Source of the DNA: Calditrichia bacterium
GTDB taxonomy: Bacteria > Calditrichota > Calditrichia > JAJRVZ01
Length of the DNA stretch: 64,000 nt
Reading direction: 5' to 3'
Assembly (NCBI GenBank): GCA_963796965.1
Contig: CAWCNS010000012.1
Location: 73,923-137,922 of the forward strand
Shown here: piece after piece, positions 54,180 to 64,000 of the stretch
Numbering within the stretch: the stretch's first letter is position 1
How the letters are laid out: each line of letters starts with the position of its first letter
Translations under genes and position numbers: made by a program
Notes under the pieces: model-generated
Database searches by the model: none
Told to the model about the DNA's origin: nothing
What the model saw: the letters and a program-made list of their open reading frames with translations, nothing else

Positions 54180-55433
54180 ATGTTACAACAGGTTAGTTTT
54201 GGTGTGAAATTCATAAAAGATTTTAATGAATTGAACATCTTGCGATTTATCAAACATCACGGACCGGTTTCCAGAGCCGAGATCGCAAAAAAACAACAAT
54301 TTTCAAAAGCGGCTGTTTCAGAAATCGTCTCCCGCCTCCTAAAGATTGGCTATGTATATGAAACGGGTGTTGGTAAATCTACTCTCAGGGGGGGGAGAAG
54401 ACCAATCTTATTAACATTTAATCAAAAGGCTGGTTATGTAATAGCCGTTGATATCAAACATACCTATGCAATTATCAATTTGGTGGATATGAATGCACAT
54501 ATTCACAAATCGCATACCATTACATTTCCAATGGGTACCTCCTTAGCCGAAGTTGTAAAAATGATATTCACTGTAACCGAGGATATTCTCACAACGGATT
54601 GGGTAAAAAGGGCGCGTCCGATTGGCATTGGTATTGGAATTCCAGGTTTGATTGATTATAAGCAGGGTTGTATAAAAATGAGCAACACCCTCAAATCCTG
54701 GGAGAATATTCCCATTTGTTCCATGTTTGAGGAAGCATTCAAGATACAAACAGTCCTTGAAAATGACGTGAAGATATTTACTCTGGGGGAGTGTTTATTC
54801 GGGGCTGGAGAAGGACATCAAAATCTTATAAATTTATATATTGGAGACGGCATCGGGGCTGGTATTTTTCTGAATGGCAGATTAATACGTGGTGTAACGG
54901 CAAGTGCCGGTGAAGTTGGATACAGCGAGTTAGGATATTTTGTTACAGATTTAAAAAAATTTCCGCTTCTCTATACCAAGCAGGTGAGTTATGGGGAGAT
55001 ATTATCTCAAAAATGGTTAATGAATGCCGCTAAGAGAGCCCTGACGAATGGACATGCGAGCCAATTAATGCCAGAAACCTTGTCACCGGTTACCATTGTT
55101 CGGGCTGCAGAAAAGGGTGACGTTTTAGCTAAAAAATTGTTAAATGAATATGCGACCATCCTGGGTTCTCTCTGTATTAACCTAATCAATATTCTTAATA
55201 TTGAGCTGTTGATTATCAGTGGTCAGATCGTTTCTGAAAGTGATTATTTGGTACGCCAGGTGCAAGAGAAAATACATCATGACCTGTTACGGATTCCTGT
55301 GGACGCGACAAAACTATGCGCAAGTTCATTGAAAGATAATGGCGTGACTCTTGGCGCTGCAGGTTTGGTATTAGAAGATCTTTTTTATCAGGATAAGATT
55401 AATATTTCGAAGTATAGGTCTATTTTCAAGTGA
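54180..55433 (+). CDS. ROK family transcriptional regulator (NagC/XylR-like)
   Basis: HTH GPVSRAEIA...SKAAVSEIV, GGRRP, GIGIPG, LENDV, GIGAGIFLNG, AGEVGY. Confidence 0.93.
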   Translation: MLQQVSFGVKFIKDFNELNILRFIKHHGPVSRAEIAKKQQFSKAAVSEIVSRLLKIGYVYETGVGKSTLRGGRRPILLTFNQKAGYVIAVDIKHTYAIINLVDMNAHIHKSHTITFPMGTSLAEVVKMIFTVTEDILTTDWVKRARPIGIGIGIPGLIDYKQGCIKMSNTLKSWENIPICSMFEEAFKIQTVLENDVKIFTLGECLFGAGEGHQNLINLYIGDGIGAGIFLNGRLIRGVTASAGEVGYSELGYFVTDLKKFPLLYTKQVSYGEILSQKWLMNAAKRALTNGHASQLMPETLSPVTIVRAAEKGDVLAKKLLNEYATILGSLCINLINILNIELLIISGQIVSESDYLVRQVQEKIHHDLLRIPVDATKLCASSLKDNGVTLGAAGLVLEDLFYQDKINISKYRSIFK

Positions 55434-55435
55434 GC

Positions 55436-55675
55436 AGGCCAAAGGCCAAAGAAAAAAGGAAAAAGGGTAAAGAGGAAAATAGGATAAGAGGAGAAAAAAT
55501 TAAAGGCTAAAAACTAAAGATTTCAGGATTTAGGCTCAAAGATCCAGGATTCAGGTCTCTATCTCCTATCGCCTTATTTCTTTTCCTATTTTCCTATTAT
55601 CCTTTTCACCAGTTCCCCCAAAGCCTTTGGCCATTGGCCTGTTTTCCTTTTGTCCTGTTAACCTTTTTCCTCTTC
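55436..55675. repeat. Purine-tract/pyrimidine-tract inverted low-complexity element
   Basis: CAGGCCAAAGGCCAAAG pairs with CTTTGGCCATTGGCCTG; AGGAAAATAGGA pairs with TCCTATTTTCCT. Confidence 0.65.
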
Positions 55676-55685
55676 CGCAGGCATC

Positions 55686-56923
<1,238 letters not shown>

Positions 56924-57058
56924 TTGCCTATGCTGGGGAGACATTGTTGATTCTAATCTTTTACCTTTTGCCTTTAACCTTTTGCCTAATTACTATAAAG
57001 TTTCAAAATAATAATGTAATATAAATCAATCAGTTGAACAAAGTGAGAGGAGAGACAC

Positions 57059-57382
57059 GTGTTTTTAAATCTATTTTTAATGGCGCCGCAGGGCGGTGAA
57101 GGTGGTGGTGGTGGATTTTTAGGGTTTTTACCCTTTATCTTGATCATCGTTATCATGTATTTTTTGATGATCCGTCCCCAGGTGAAAAAACAAAAAGAGC
57201 GAACAAAAATGGTTGAGGCTCTGGAAAAAGGCGATAAAGTTGTAACCAGTGGCGGTATTCATGGCAAAATTGCCGGTTTTACTGAGGATGGAAAAACCTT
57301 AATTCTTCAGATAGACGAGAAGGTGAAAGTAAATGTTGACCGTTCGGCTGTCAATGCAGTAAAAGGTAAAACCCAAGCCTGA
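57059..57382 (+). CDS. yajC: Preprotein translocase subunit YajC
   Basis: MYFLMIRPQ, GDKVVTSGGIHG; follows tgt. Confidence 0.96.
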   Translation: MFLNLFLMAPQGGEGGGGGFLGFLPFILIIVIMYFLMIRPQVKKQKERTKMVEALEKGDKVVTSGGIHGKIAGFTEDGKTLILQIDEKVKVNVDRSAVNAVKGKTQA

Positions 57383-57383
57383 T

Positions 57384-58325
57384 ATGAAAATTATATTTAT
57401 GGGCACACCGCAATTTGCCGTGGTGTGCCTTAATTCCTTGTTAGATTCAAAACATCAAATCCTCACCGTTGTTACGGCACCCGATAAACCGGTCGGACGG
57501 GGATTGAAGGTAAGACCTTCGCCGGTTAAGGAAACCGCCCTTTCCGCCAACCTGCCCATCTTGCAACCTGAGAAACTAAAAGATCCACTGTTTCTATCGG
57601 AGATTAAACGTTTAAATGCAGATTTAATCGTTGTCGTGGCCTTCCGTATTCTACCGGAAGAGCTTTTTACAATGGCAATATATGGTGCTATTAATTTGCA
57701 TGGATCTCTCCTGCCAAAATATCGCGGTGCTGCACCAATCAACTGGGCGATTATCAATGGCGACAAGGAAACCGGTGTTACCACCTTTTTTCTAAAAAAA
57801 GCAGTCGACACCGGTAATATGATTGCCCAGGAGAAGATCCCGATCGGTGAAAATATGACTGCCGGTGAATTGCATGATGTCATGGCAGAGACGGGAGCCA
57901 ATCTCATTCGCAGGACAATCGAGATGATAGAGCAGGGTGGGGTTAAATCCCAAACCCAGGATGAATCAGCAGTCAGCAAAGCCCCAAAAATATTTCCACA
58001 GGATTGTTTGATTGATTTTAATCAACCGGTCGAAAAGGTACATAATTTTATCCGCGGGTTATCCCCACGCCCGGGAGCCTATACGTATTTAAAGGGTAAA
58101 CGTCTGGTCCTATTAAGATCTCAGGTGGGTGAAATAACAAAGGTGTCAGGAAAACCGGGCACCATTCTGGATTCACCTGAATCAAAATCATTAGTGATCC
58201 AGTGTCAATCCAGTCAATTGCTCGTATTGGAAATTAAATTGGAGGGCAAACGGGCGATGAGGGTTGAAGATTTTTTGAGGGGGTACCGTATTGACAAGGG
58301 TGTGGTTTTGGGTGAAGGGGAATAG
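57384..58325 (+). CDS. fmt: Methionyl-tRNA formyltransferase
   Basis: IFMGTPQFA, PDKPVGRG, NLHGSLLPKYRGAAPI, RGLSPRPGA. Confidence 0.98.
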   Translation: MKIIFMGTPQFAVVCLNSLLDSKHQILTVVTAPDKPVGRGLKVRPSPVKETALSANLPILQPEKLKDPLFLSEIKRLNADLIVVVAFRILPEELFTMAIYGAINLHGSLLPKYRGAAPINWAIINGDKETGVTTFFLKKAVDTGNMIAQEKIPIGENMTAGELHDVMAETGANLIRRTIEMIEQGGVKSQTQDESAVSKAPKIFPQDCLIDFNQPVEKVHNFIRGLSPRPGAYTYLKGKRLVLLRSQVGEITKVSGKPGTILDSPESKSLVIQCQSSQLLVLEIKLEGKRAMRVEDFLRGYRIDKGVVLGEGE

Positions 58326-58440
58326 AGGCCAAGGGGAAAAAAGGATAAGAGGTTAAAAGGATTGAATTTCCACCTACCGTGATGATATGTACGTCATCGA
58401 AAACACTGATGATGTCATGGTTGATCTAATATTATCCGTG

Positions 58441-58576
58441 TGTAGAGACGTTCCCGCTGGGACGTCTCTTATTATGAATAAATAATTAATAATATACAAA
58501 AGATGTATCAATGATGATGAGATGATCAAACACCATTAAAAATATTTGGAGACGTCCCACCGGGAACGTCTCTACA
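58441..58576. mobile_element. REPIN-like element of two inverted 28-bp GTAGAGACG REPs
   Basis: TGTAGAGACGTTCCCGCTGGGACGTCTC versus reverse complement of the right arm TGTAGAGACGTTCCCGGTGGGACGTCTC (27/28), about 80 bp spacer. Confidence 0.85.
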
Positions 58577-58593
58577 ACACAATCAATCGGATT

Positions 58594-58641
58594 GTCATCC
58601 CGAACCCTGGCCTGGCGCCAGGACAGGCTTGTTTCGGGATC
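58594..58641. repeat. GTCATCCCG-type palindrome with an internal GC-rich hairpin insert
   Basis: GTCATCCCGAAC[CCTGGCCTGGCGCCAGGACAGGC]TTGTTTCGGGATC. Confidence 0.65.
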
Positions 58642-58660
58642 TAATCAAATTTTATTATAT

Positions 58661-58710
58661 AGGGCGAACACGCCCTGTAGAACGGGGTCTTCGACGCGGT
58701 CTGCCCCTAC
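58661..58710. repeat. GTAGGGGC-family REP with nearly the same 24-nt insert as the 28023 copy
   Basis: GGGCGAACAC[GCCCTGTAGAACGGGGTCTTCGAC]GCGGTCTGCCCCTAC. Confidence 0.8.
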
Positions 58711-58841
58711 AATTATCCTCTTCTCCTTTTTTCCTCTTTAACCTTTTACCTTTTACCTTTCACCCAATTTACCTATTGCTAAAAACACAATGATTACCTA
58801 ACTTGATCCTTTAAAAAACCAAATCGACAGCAGGAGAAGAA

Positions 58842-59323
58842 ATGGATCCTGAACAAAAAAAGATATCTTTACGAAATATTAGTTATGGTGTTTATGTTAT
58901 GACGGTGAAGTCCGATAATATTATGCTGCAGCCACGGTTACATGGGTTTCGCAGGCTTCACTTAATCCACCTAAGATCATGTTGGGTTTAAAAAGGGAGA
59001 GCAAAACAGCGGATCTGGTAAAAGAATCCCAACAATTTGTACTTAATATTATGGGTGAAAGTCAAAAGCCCATGGCCAAGGCTTTCCTAAAACATGCGAA
59101 TATAGAAGGTACAAAACTAAATGGCTATAATTTTTGTACGGGAGAAACCGGTGCCCCGATCCTCACCGATGCACCCTCTTTTCTCGAATGTAAAATCGAG
59201 AAGTTTGTAGAAGGCACGGACCATGATGTGGTTATAGCTGAAGTGATCAATGCTGGCGTGCAGAGTGAGGAACAGCCGTTGGTGTTGAGAAGTACGGGGT
59301 GGAGTGACGGCGGTACACATTAA
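58842..59323 (+). CDS. Flavin reductase family protein (indel near 58918)
   Basis: AGGAG RBS, MDPEQKKISLRNISYGVYVMT, then shifted AATVTWVSQASLNPP...TGAPIL...FLEC...GTDH. Confidence 0.88.
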
Positions 59324-59603
59324 TCAAGAGTTATTATGTGAATCAACGAATTTCAAACGAAAAGTTCAGGATTAAAAGGTTAAGGTATTTATATTATGAT
59401 AAATCGGGTTAAACATTCTGTATTTAAAAGGTAAAAGGTAATTATTTAATAATTTGTAAATTGTTAATTAGTGTAATTCGTGGACAAAATCTTTTTAAAT
59501 CATCTTTTTCTGAAAAAATCTTATAACCTGATGACATAAATCACATATTCTATTCGAGAATATACCAATATTTAGCAATCAATAGTACGATATTCCGGAG
59601 GAA

Positions 59604-60869
59604 ATGTTGAGATCTATATTAATTATTCTATTAGTTAGTACATTATTTATGCTGTTGCCGATCCATTGTAACTTACCTGAACTGGCAGATATTGATCCGC
59701 CTTTGGTGATCCTGGTTTATCCCTATTCGGGGACCGTGTTAAATGGTGAGGTCAATATCACCGTAGAGGCAACTGATAACAGAAAATTAAAAAAAATATG
59801 GTATACCCTCGATGGCATTTTGATAGAATCTGTTTCTGTGGATGCGGTGAGTGCCGCAAAGGTTTTTATCCTAAATGTTGCCCCTTATGCTGATGAGAAG
59901 GAACATGTGATTCAGGGATTTGCAAAAGATGGTGAAGATAATACAGGACCTTCAATTCAGGTATTGGTTACCTTGTCTGCAACCGGGTGATGTAACCCCT
60001 CCGGTGGTTGAAATTACAAATCCGGCTCCGGGCCAGTCTGTTGCTGATTCAGTATGATTATCGCCGATGCCAATGATGATCGTATTGTAAGCGAAGTCGC
60101 TTTTTTTATAGATGGCGATTCAATCTCCTCCGATTTTTCCTATCCCTTTGAATATAATTGGAATCTTGATAGGTGTTGGTGTATATACGGATCATACCAT
60201 TTTTGCCCGTGCCTTTGATGGTTCCGGTAACAGTCTCAAATTCAACTCAAATTGGTGTAACGGTGTTACCTGCAATTGATCAGGTACCCCCGGTCGCCCA
60301 GTTAATTTATCCCATTGTAGGACAATTATTGTATGGCACAATTTTGGTCCAGGTTGATGCATCCGATGACAGGCAATTGGATATAGTGGAATTTTATATT
60401 GACGGAATACTAAGATCTACCGTAGATGCTGATGGTAAAAATTCACCCTATTCCTATGCCTGGAACACACTCTCTTTGGCTGTGAATTCCCAGCATTCCC
60501 TCTATTTTAAGGCAATTGATGCTGCAGGCAACGAATCCATCAACCCGGCAGTTTCGTTTACGATTGGGCAGGACGATACAGAACCACCAACACTGACCTT
60601 GTTGTTTCCTGTCGGAGACGAATCCCCTATCGGGTACCGTAACAGTTAATGTTGATGTTTCTGATAATGTCGGTGTGAGCCGTGTAGAGTATTACGTTGA
60701 TGGCGGTACAAACGGTGCACCGAATTTTGTGGCCTCTGCAGCACCCTGGTCCTATAGTTGGAATACAGCCCCCTGGGCTGATGGCCTTAGTCATACCTTA
60801 TATATAAAAGCAATTGATCCATCGGGCAATAGTGCGACGGTCGGACCGATTAGTTATGTGATTCAATAA
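59604..60869 (+). CDS. Exported protein with about four bacterial Ig-like (Big) repeats, split by several indels
   Basis: Repeated D..PP.V....P / A.D...V.FY.DG / Y.WNT / KAID.AGN units across four frame pieces; signal peptide with Cys. Confidence 0.8.
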
Positions 60870-60902
60870 ACTTTCCATCCTGCAGTAATTAATGTTATCA
60901 TT

Positions 60903-60929
60903 TGTAGAGACGCCCTGGTAGGGCGTCTC
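60903..60929. repeat. REP-like palindrome, GTAGAGACG family
   Basis: TGTAGAGACGCCCTGGTAGGGCGTCTC just downstream of the Ig-like gene. Confidence 0.8.
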
Positions 60930-61059
60930 ATTTTTGTCATCAGGTCCGATTAGGGACCAGGTGTATATATGATATTAAATTAATCCTATAATTTCTTCCC
61001 TATTGGGACAAGATGTTGTTATTTGTGATTCTATATTTATATTTTTCTTTGAAATCAAA

Positions 61060-61088
61060 TTGACTTGGATTATCCGTACGAGTATATT
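61060..61088 (+). promoter_or_regulatory. Near-consensus sigma70 promoter of the polysaccharide operon
   Basis: TTGACT-17 nt-TATATT. Confidence 0.65.
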
Positions 61089-61265
61089 ACTTGTTAGTAA
61101 TCAAAAAAAATACCGTAGGATGATATTAGGAATCTACTTTTACCCACCCCCCCGCCCAATTATTTGTATTTAAAAGGTCCTGCACCAGGTCTTGAACATA
61201 AATTTCTTTAAGAACCAGTGATCTAATTAGCGCGAAGATATCTCAATAGCGTTAGTTTAGGTTGA

Positions 61266-61290
61266 GGAATGCTTACCAGGCATTTCTTTT
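61266..61290 (+). terminator. Candidate intrinsic terminator/attenuator inside the operon leader
   Basis: AGGAATGC-TTACCAG-GCATTTCT stem-loop followed by a short T run. Confidence 0.4.
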
Positions 61291-61531
61291 GCGCAAAATG
61301 TATATTTTATATTTATCTATTTAGCAAGTGTTTTGCATTTTACCACGCTTATGGGCAAGGTAGATTTTGTAACCGAGATGGCGGAGCCATGCCTTGCTTT
61401 TGCGATCTTTTTCGTAATTGCCCTTGATTTTATGGCTAGGATAGTCAAATCGGCTAAAGGATTGGACGCAAAAACCAATCTGAAGATCCTCTCGCTGCCA
61501 TTTCCCCTTAAACACAATTTGGAGGTTAATA

Positions 61532-62542
61532 GTGATAAACATCGGCGTGATTGGTGTTGGTTACTGGGGCCCCAATTTAATTAGAAATTTTGTGGCCAAC
61601 CAAAAAACCAATGTAAAAATGTGTTGTGATGTGAAAAAAGAAAGACTTAATTATGTTGAAAGCCTGTACCCGGCCATTAAAACAACAGAGACAAGCGCAG
61701 ATATTATTAAGGATGCCGATATTGATCTGATTTGTATCTGTACACCGGTGTTTTCACATTTTGAATTGGCAAAGGCTGCCCTGGAGGCAGACAAACATGT
61801 ACTGATTGAAAAACCGATGACTGCATCTGGAACAGAATCGGAAGAGCTGATCAATCTGGCAGAGCAAAAAGGTTTGCGTATCTTTGTTGATCATACCTTT
61901 ATTTTTACGGGTGCCGTACGCAAAATAAAAGAACTGATTGATAAAAAAGAATTGGGTGATCTTTATTATTTTGATTCCACGCGGGTCAATCTGGGCCTCT
62001 TTCAGCATGATGTAAACGTCCTCTGGGATCTGGCCCCCCATGACATTTCGATCATGCATTATTTACTAAACAAAGATCCTGAATGTGTGGTTGCCACTGG
62101 AGCTGACCATCTGGGTAGCGGCATTGAGAATGTGGCGTATCTCACCGTCTATTTCCCCGAAAATATGATTGCCCATATCAACACCAATTGGCTCTCGCCG
62201 GTCAAGATCCGTCAAACCCTGATTGCCGGTAAAAAGAAAATGATTGTCTGGGATGATAACCAGCCCAGTGAAAAGGTACGCGTCTATGACAAAGGCATCG
62301 AAGTGGTCAATACAGCCGATGAGGTTTATGATATGCTAATTCAATACCGCACCGGCGATATGTTCTGCCCAAAGATAGATGCTACAGAGGCCCTCGGTGT
62401 GGAGATCAATGAGATTGTCGCCACCCTGGAAAACAACCAACCCTCCAAAGCCGACGGCAAAGCCGGCTGGATGGTGGTACGGATACTTGAAGCGGCGCAG
62501 GAGTCGATTAAGAATCGGGGCCAGGAAATTATGGTTTTATAA
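61532..62542 (+). CDS. Gfo/Idh/MocA oxidoreductase, nucleotide-sugar biosynthesis type
   Basis: IGVIGVGYWGPNL, KHVLIEKP, WDLAPHD, NWLSPVKIR. Confidence 0.92.
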   Translation: MINIGVIGVGYWGPNLIRNFVANQKTNVKMCCDVKKERLNYVESLYPAIKTTETSADIIKDADIDLICICTPVFSHFELAKAALEADKHVLIEKPMTASGTESEELINLAEQKGLRIFVDHTFIFTGAVRKIKELIDKKELGDLYYFDSTRVNLGLFQHDVNVLWDLAPHDISIMHYLLNKDPECVVATGADHLGSGIENVAYLTVYFPENMIAHINTNWLSPVKIRQTLIAGKKKMIVWDDNQPSEKVRVYDKGIEVVNTADEVYDMLIQYRTGDMFCPKIDATEALGVEINEIVATLENNQPSKADGKAGWMVVRILEAAQESIKNRGQEIMVL

Positions 62543-62594
62543 ATGTAATACTATAAAAGCCTCTTCTGAAGAATAACTGACATGGAGGTAACAT

Positions 62595-63713
62595 ATGAAC
62601 ATCCCTTTTTTAGATTTGAAAGCACAATACGTCAGCATTAAACATGAAGTCGATCCGGCCATACAAAATGTATTGGATAATGCCGCATATGTTCTGGGTA
62701 AACCTGTTTTTGAATTTGAGAATAGATTTGCCGCCGCCCACGATGCAAAATATTGTATTGGTACCAGTTCCGGCACGGATGCAAATCATTTGGTCTTATG
62801 GGCACTGGGTATTATGCCAGGTGATGAGGTGATTTTGCCAGCCAATACTTTTATTGCTACTGCCTGGGGAGCAACACTCTGCGGAGCGAAACCAGTATTT
62901 GTAGATGTAGATCCCGATACCTATAATATTGATCCTGCTTCAGTAGAAAGGGCAATTACCCCACAAACAAAAGCTATTGTCGCTGTTCATCTATATGGAC
63001 AGCCGGCAGACATGGATTCCCTAAAACAAATAGCTGACATACCAGGTATATCTTGTGGAAGATGCTGCTCAGGCCCATCTATCGGAATATAAAGGGAAAA
63101 AAATAGGAGGGTTGAGTACTGCATCTTCATTTAACTTTTACCCTGGAAAAAATCTGGGTGCCTATGGCGAAGCTGGGGCTGTGCTTACTAATGATGACAA
63201 ATTGGCTGAAAAAGTAAAAAATATGCGTGATCACGGGATGCCTAAAAAGTATTATCATGAATATCCGGGGCATAATTATCGAATGGAAGGCATCCAGGGT
63301 GCTGTTTTAGGTGTAAAATTAAATCATCTGCATAAATGGACAGAGGCAGACGAACAGTGGCAAATAAATACCGTGAATATCTATCTGATGTGAAAGAAAT
63401 AAAACTACCTGCGGAGTTAGAGACAAACCGCCATGTGTACCATCTCTTTGTTATTCAGGTTTTGGACGATTGCACGCTCAAAAGAGATGATCTGGCCAAA
63501 TATCTAAATGGACATGGTATTGCATTTGGCCTCCATTATCCCATTCCCTTGCACCTGCAAACCTGTTTTAGTGATTTGGGATACAAAAAGGGAGATTTTC
63601 CTGTCTCTGAAAAATTGTCTGAGTGCGGTTTATCCTTGCCAATTTTTCCAGAACTTTCTGATGAGCAAATCCGATATGTGGCAGAAAAAGTCAGGAATTT
63701 CTTTGAGGGATAA
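62595..63713 (+). CDS. DegT/DnrJ/EryC1/StrS sugar aminotransferase (two indels)
   Basis: IPFLDLKAQY, VHLYGQPAD, EDAAQAH, FYPGKNLGAYGEAG (PLP Lys), HVYHLFV, HYPIPLH, LSLPIFPEL across three ORF pieces. Confidence 0.93.
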
Positions 63714-64000
63714 AAAAAATATGGCTCCAGGTATCGTTTTAATAAATTCTAAAGACCTTTAGCCTTTATATCTTAATCATTGAAATCCTAAGTAAATTCA
63801 TCCTAATCATTAAATGGATCCACGTGTGATCTCATCGATAGAATATCGATGATTATATCTGTTTTTTTTCCCTGAGAATAAAAAATAATCCCAAAACCAT
63901 TGATCCAAATCACAGTTAATGAATTGCTTATGGGGGATATTGTGGGGTGATGAATGAGGGTGGCTCAGGAGAAAACATCCCCCTCGCCCCCTTTTCTGGG

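Noticed and set aside
59985..60060. Selenocysteine readthrough at TGA codons in the Ig-like gene
   Set aside because: The repeat pattern (GDVTPPVVEI) continues in a different frame, which indicates indels rather than in-frame recoding.
61440..61500. c-di-GMP-I riboswitch suggested by GGACGCAAA
   Set aside because: The GGCAAA start, GNRA-capped stem and second hairpin do not fit; only a simple GATTGG/CCAATC hairpin is supported. An Rfam scan would settle it.

Overview
AT-rich bacterial chromosomal segment of mostly housekeeping and metabolic genes. PorV-family, secretion-tail and DUF4954 proteins suggest a Gram-negative of the FCB/Calditrichota-like lineages (inference only). In order: 3' end of dnaE, dtd, PASTA protein, rpe, polyprenol kinase-like gene, PorV-family gene; a Tat oxidoreductase / D-Ala-D-Ala dipeptidase / secreted beta-propeller trio; TPR and NFACT genes; yicC-gmk-coaBC; a complete rnfCDGEAB-rseC operon; a mevalonate cluster with an HMG-CoA reductase-mevalonate kinase fusion; ggt; an amidase; selAB; ClC(CBS, RCK_C)-PgpH-like HD-ybeY-CNNM; eno-ftsB-outer membrane barrel; two tandem cNMP+DUF4388 signalling proteins; LOG; a class A beta-lactamase-like hydrolase; DUF4954 opposite a ROK regulator; tgt-yajC-fmt; flavin reductase; an Ig-like repeat protein; and the start of a polysaccharide operon behind a long structured leader. 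Many intergenic regions hold short palindromic REP/REPIN/MITE-like elements from about six families, some nested in one another, and no transposase is visible. At least 11 genes, including essential ones, are split by small indels, most simply explained as uncorrected assembly errors. I found no rRNA, tRNA or CRISPR array. All family assignments come from motif recognition by eye, not database searches.
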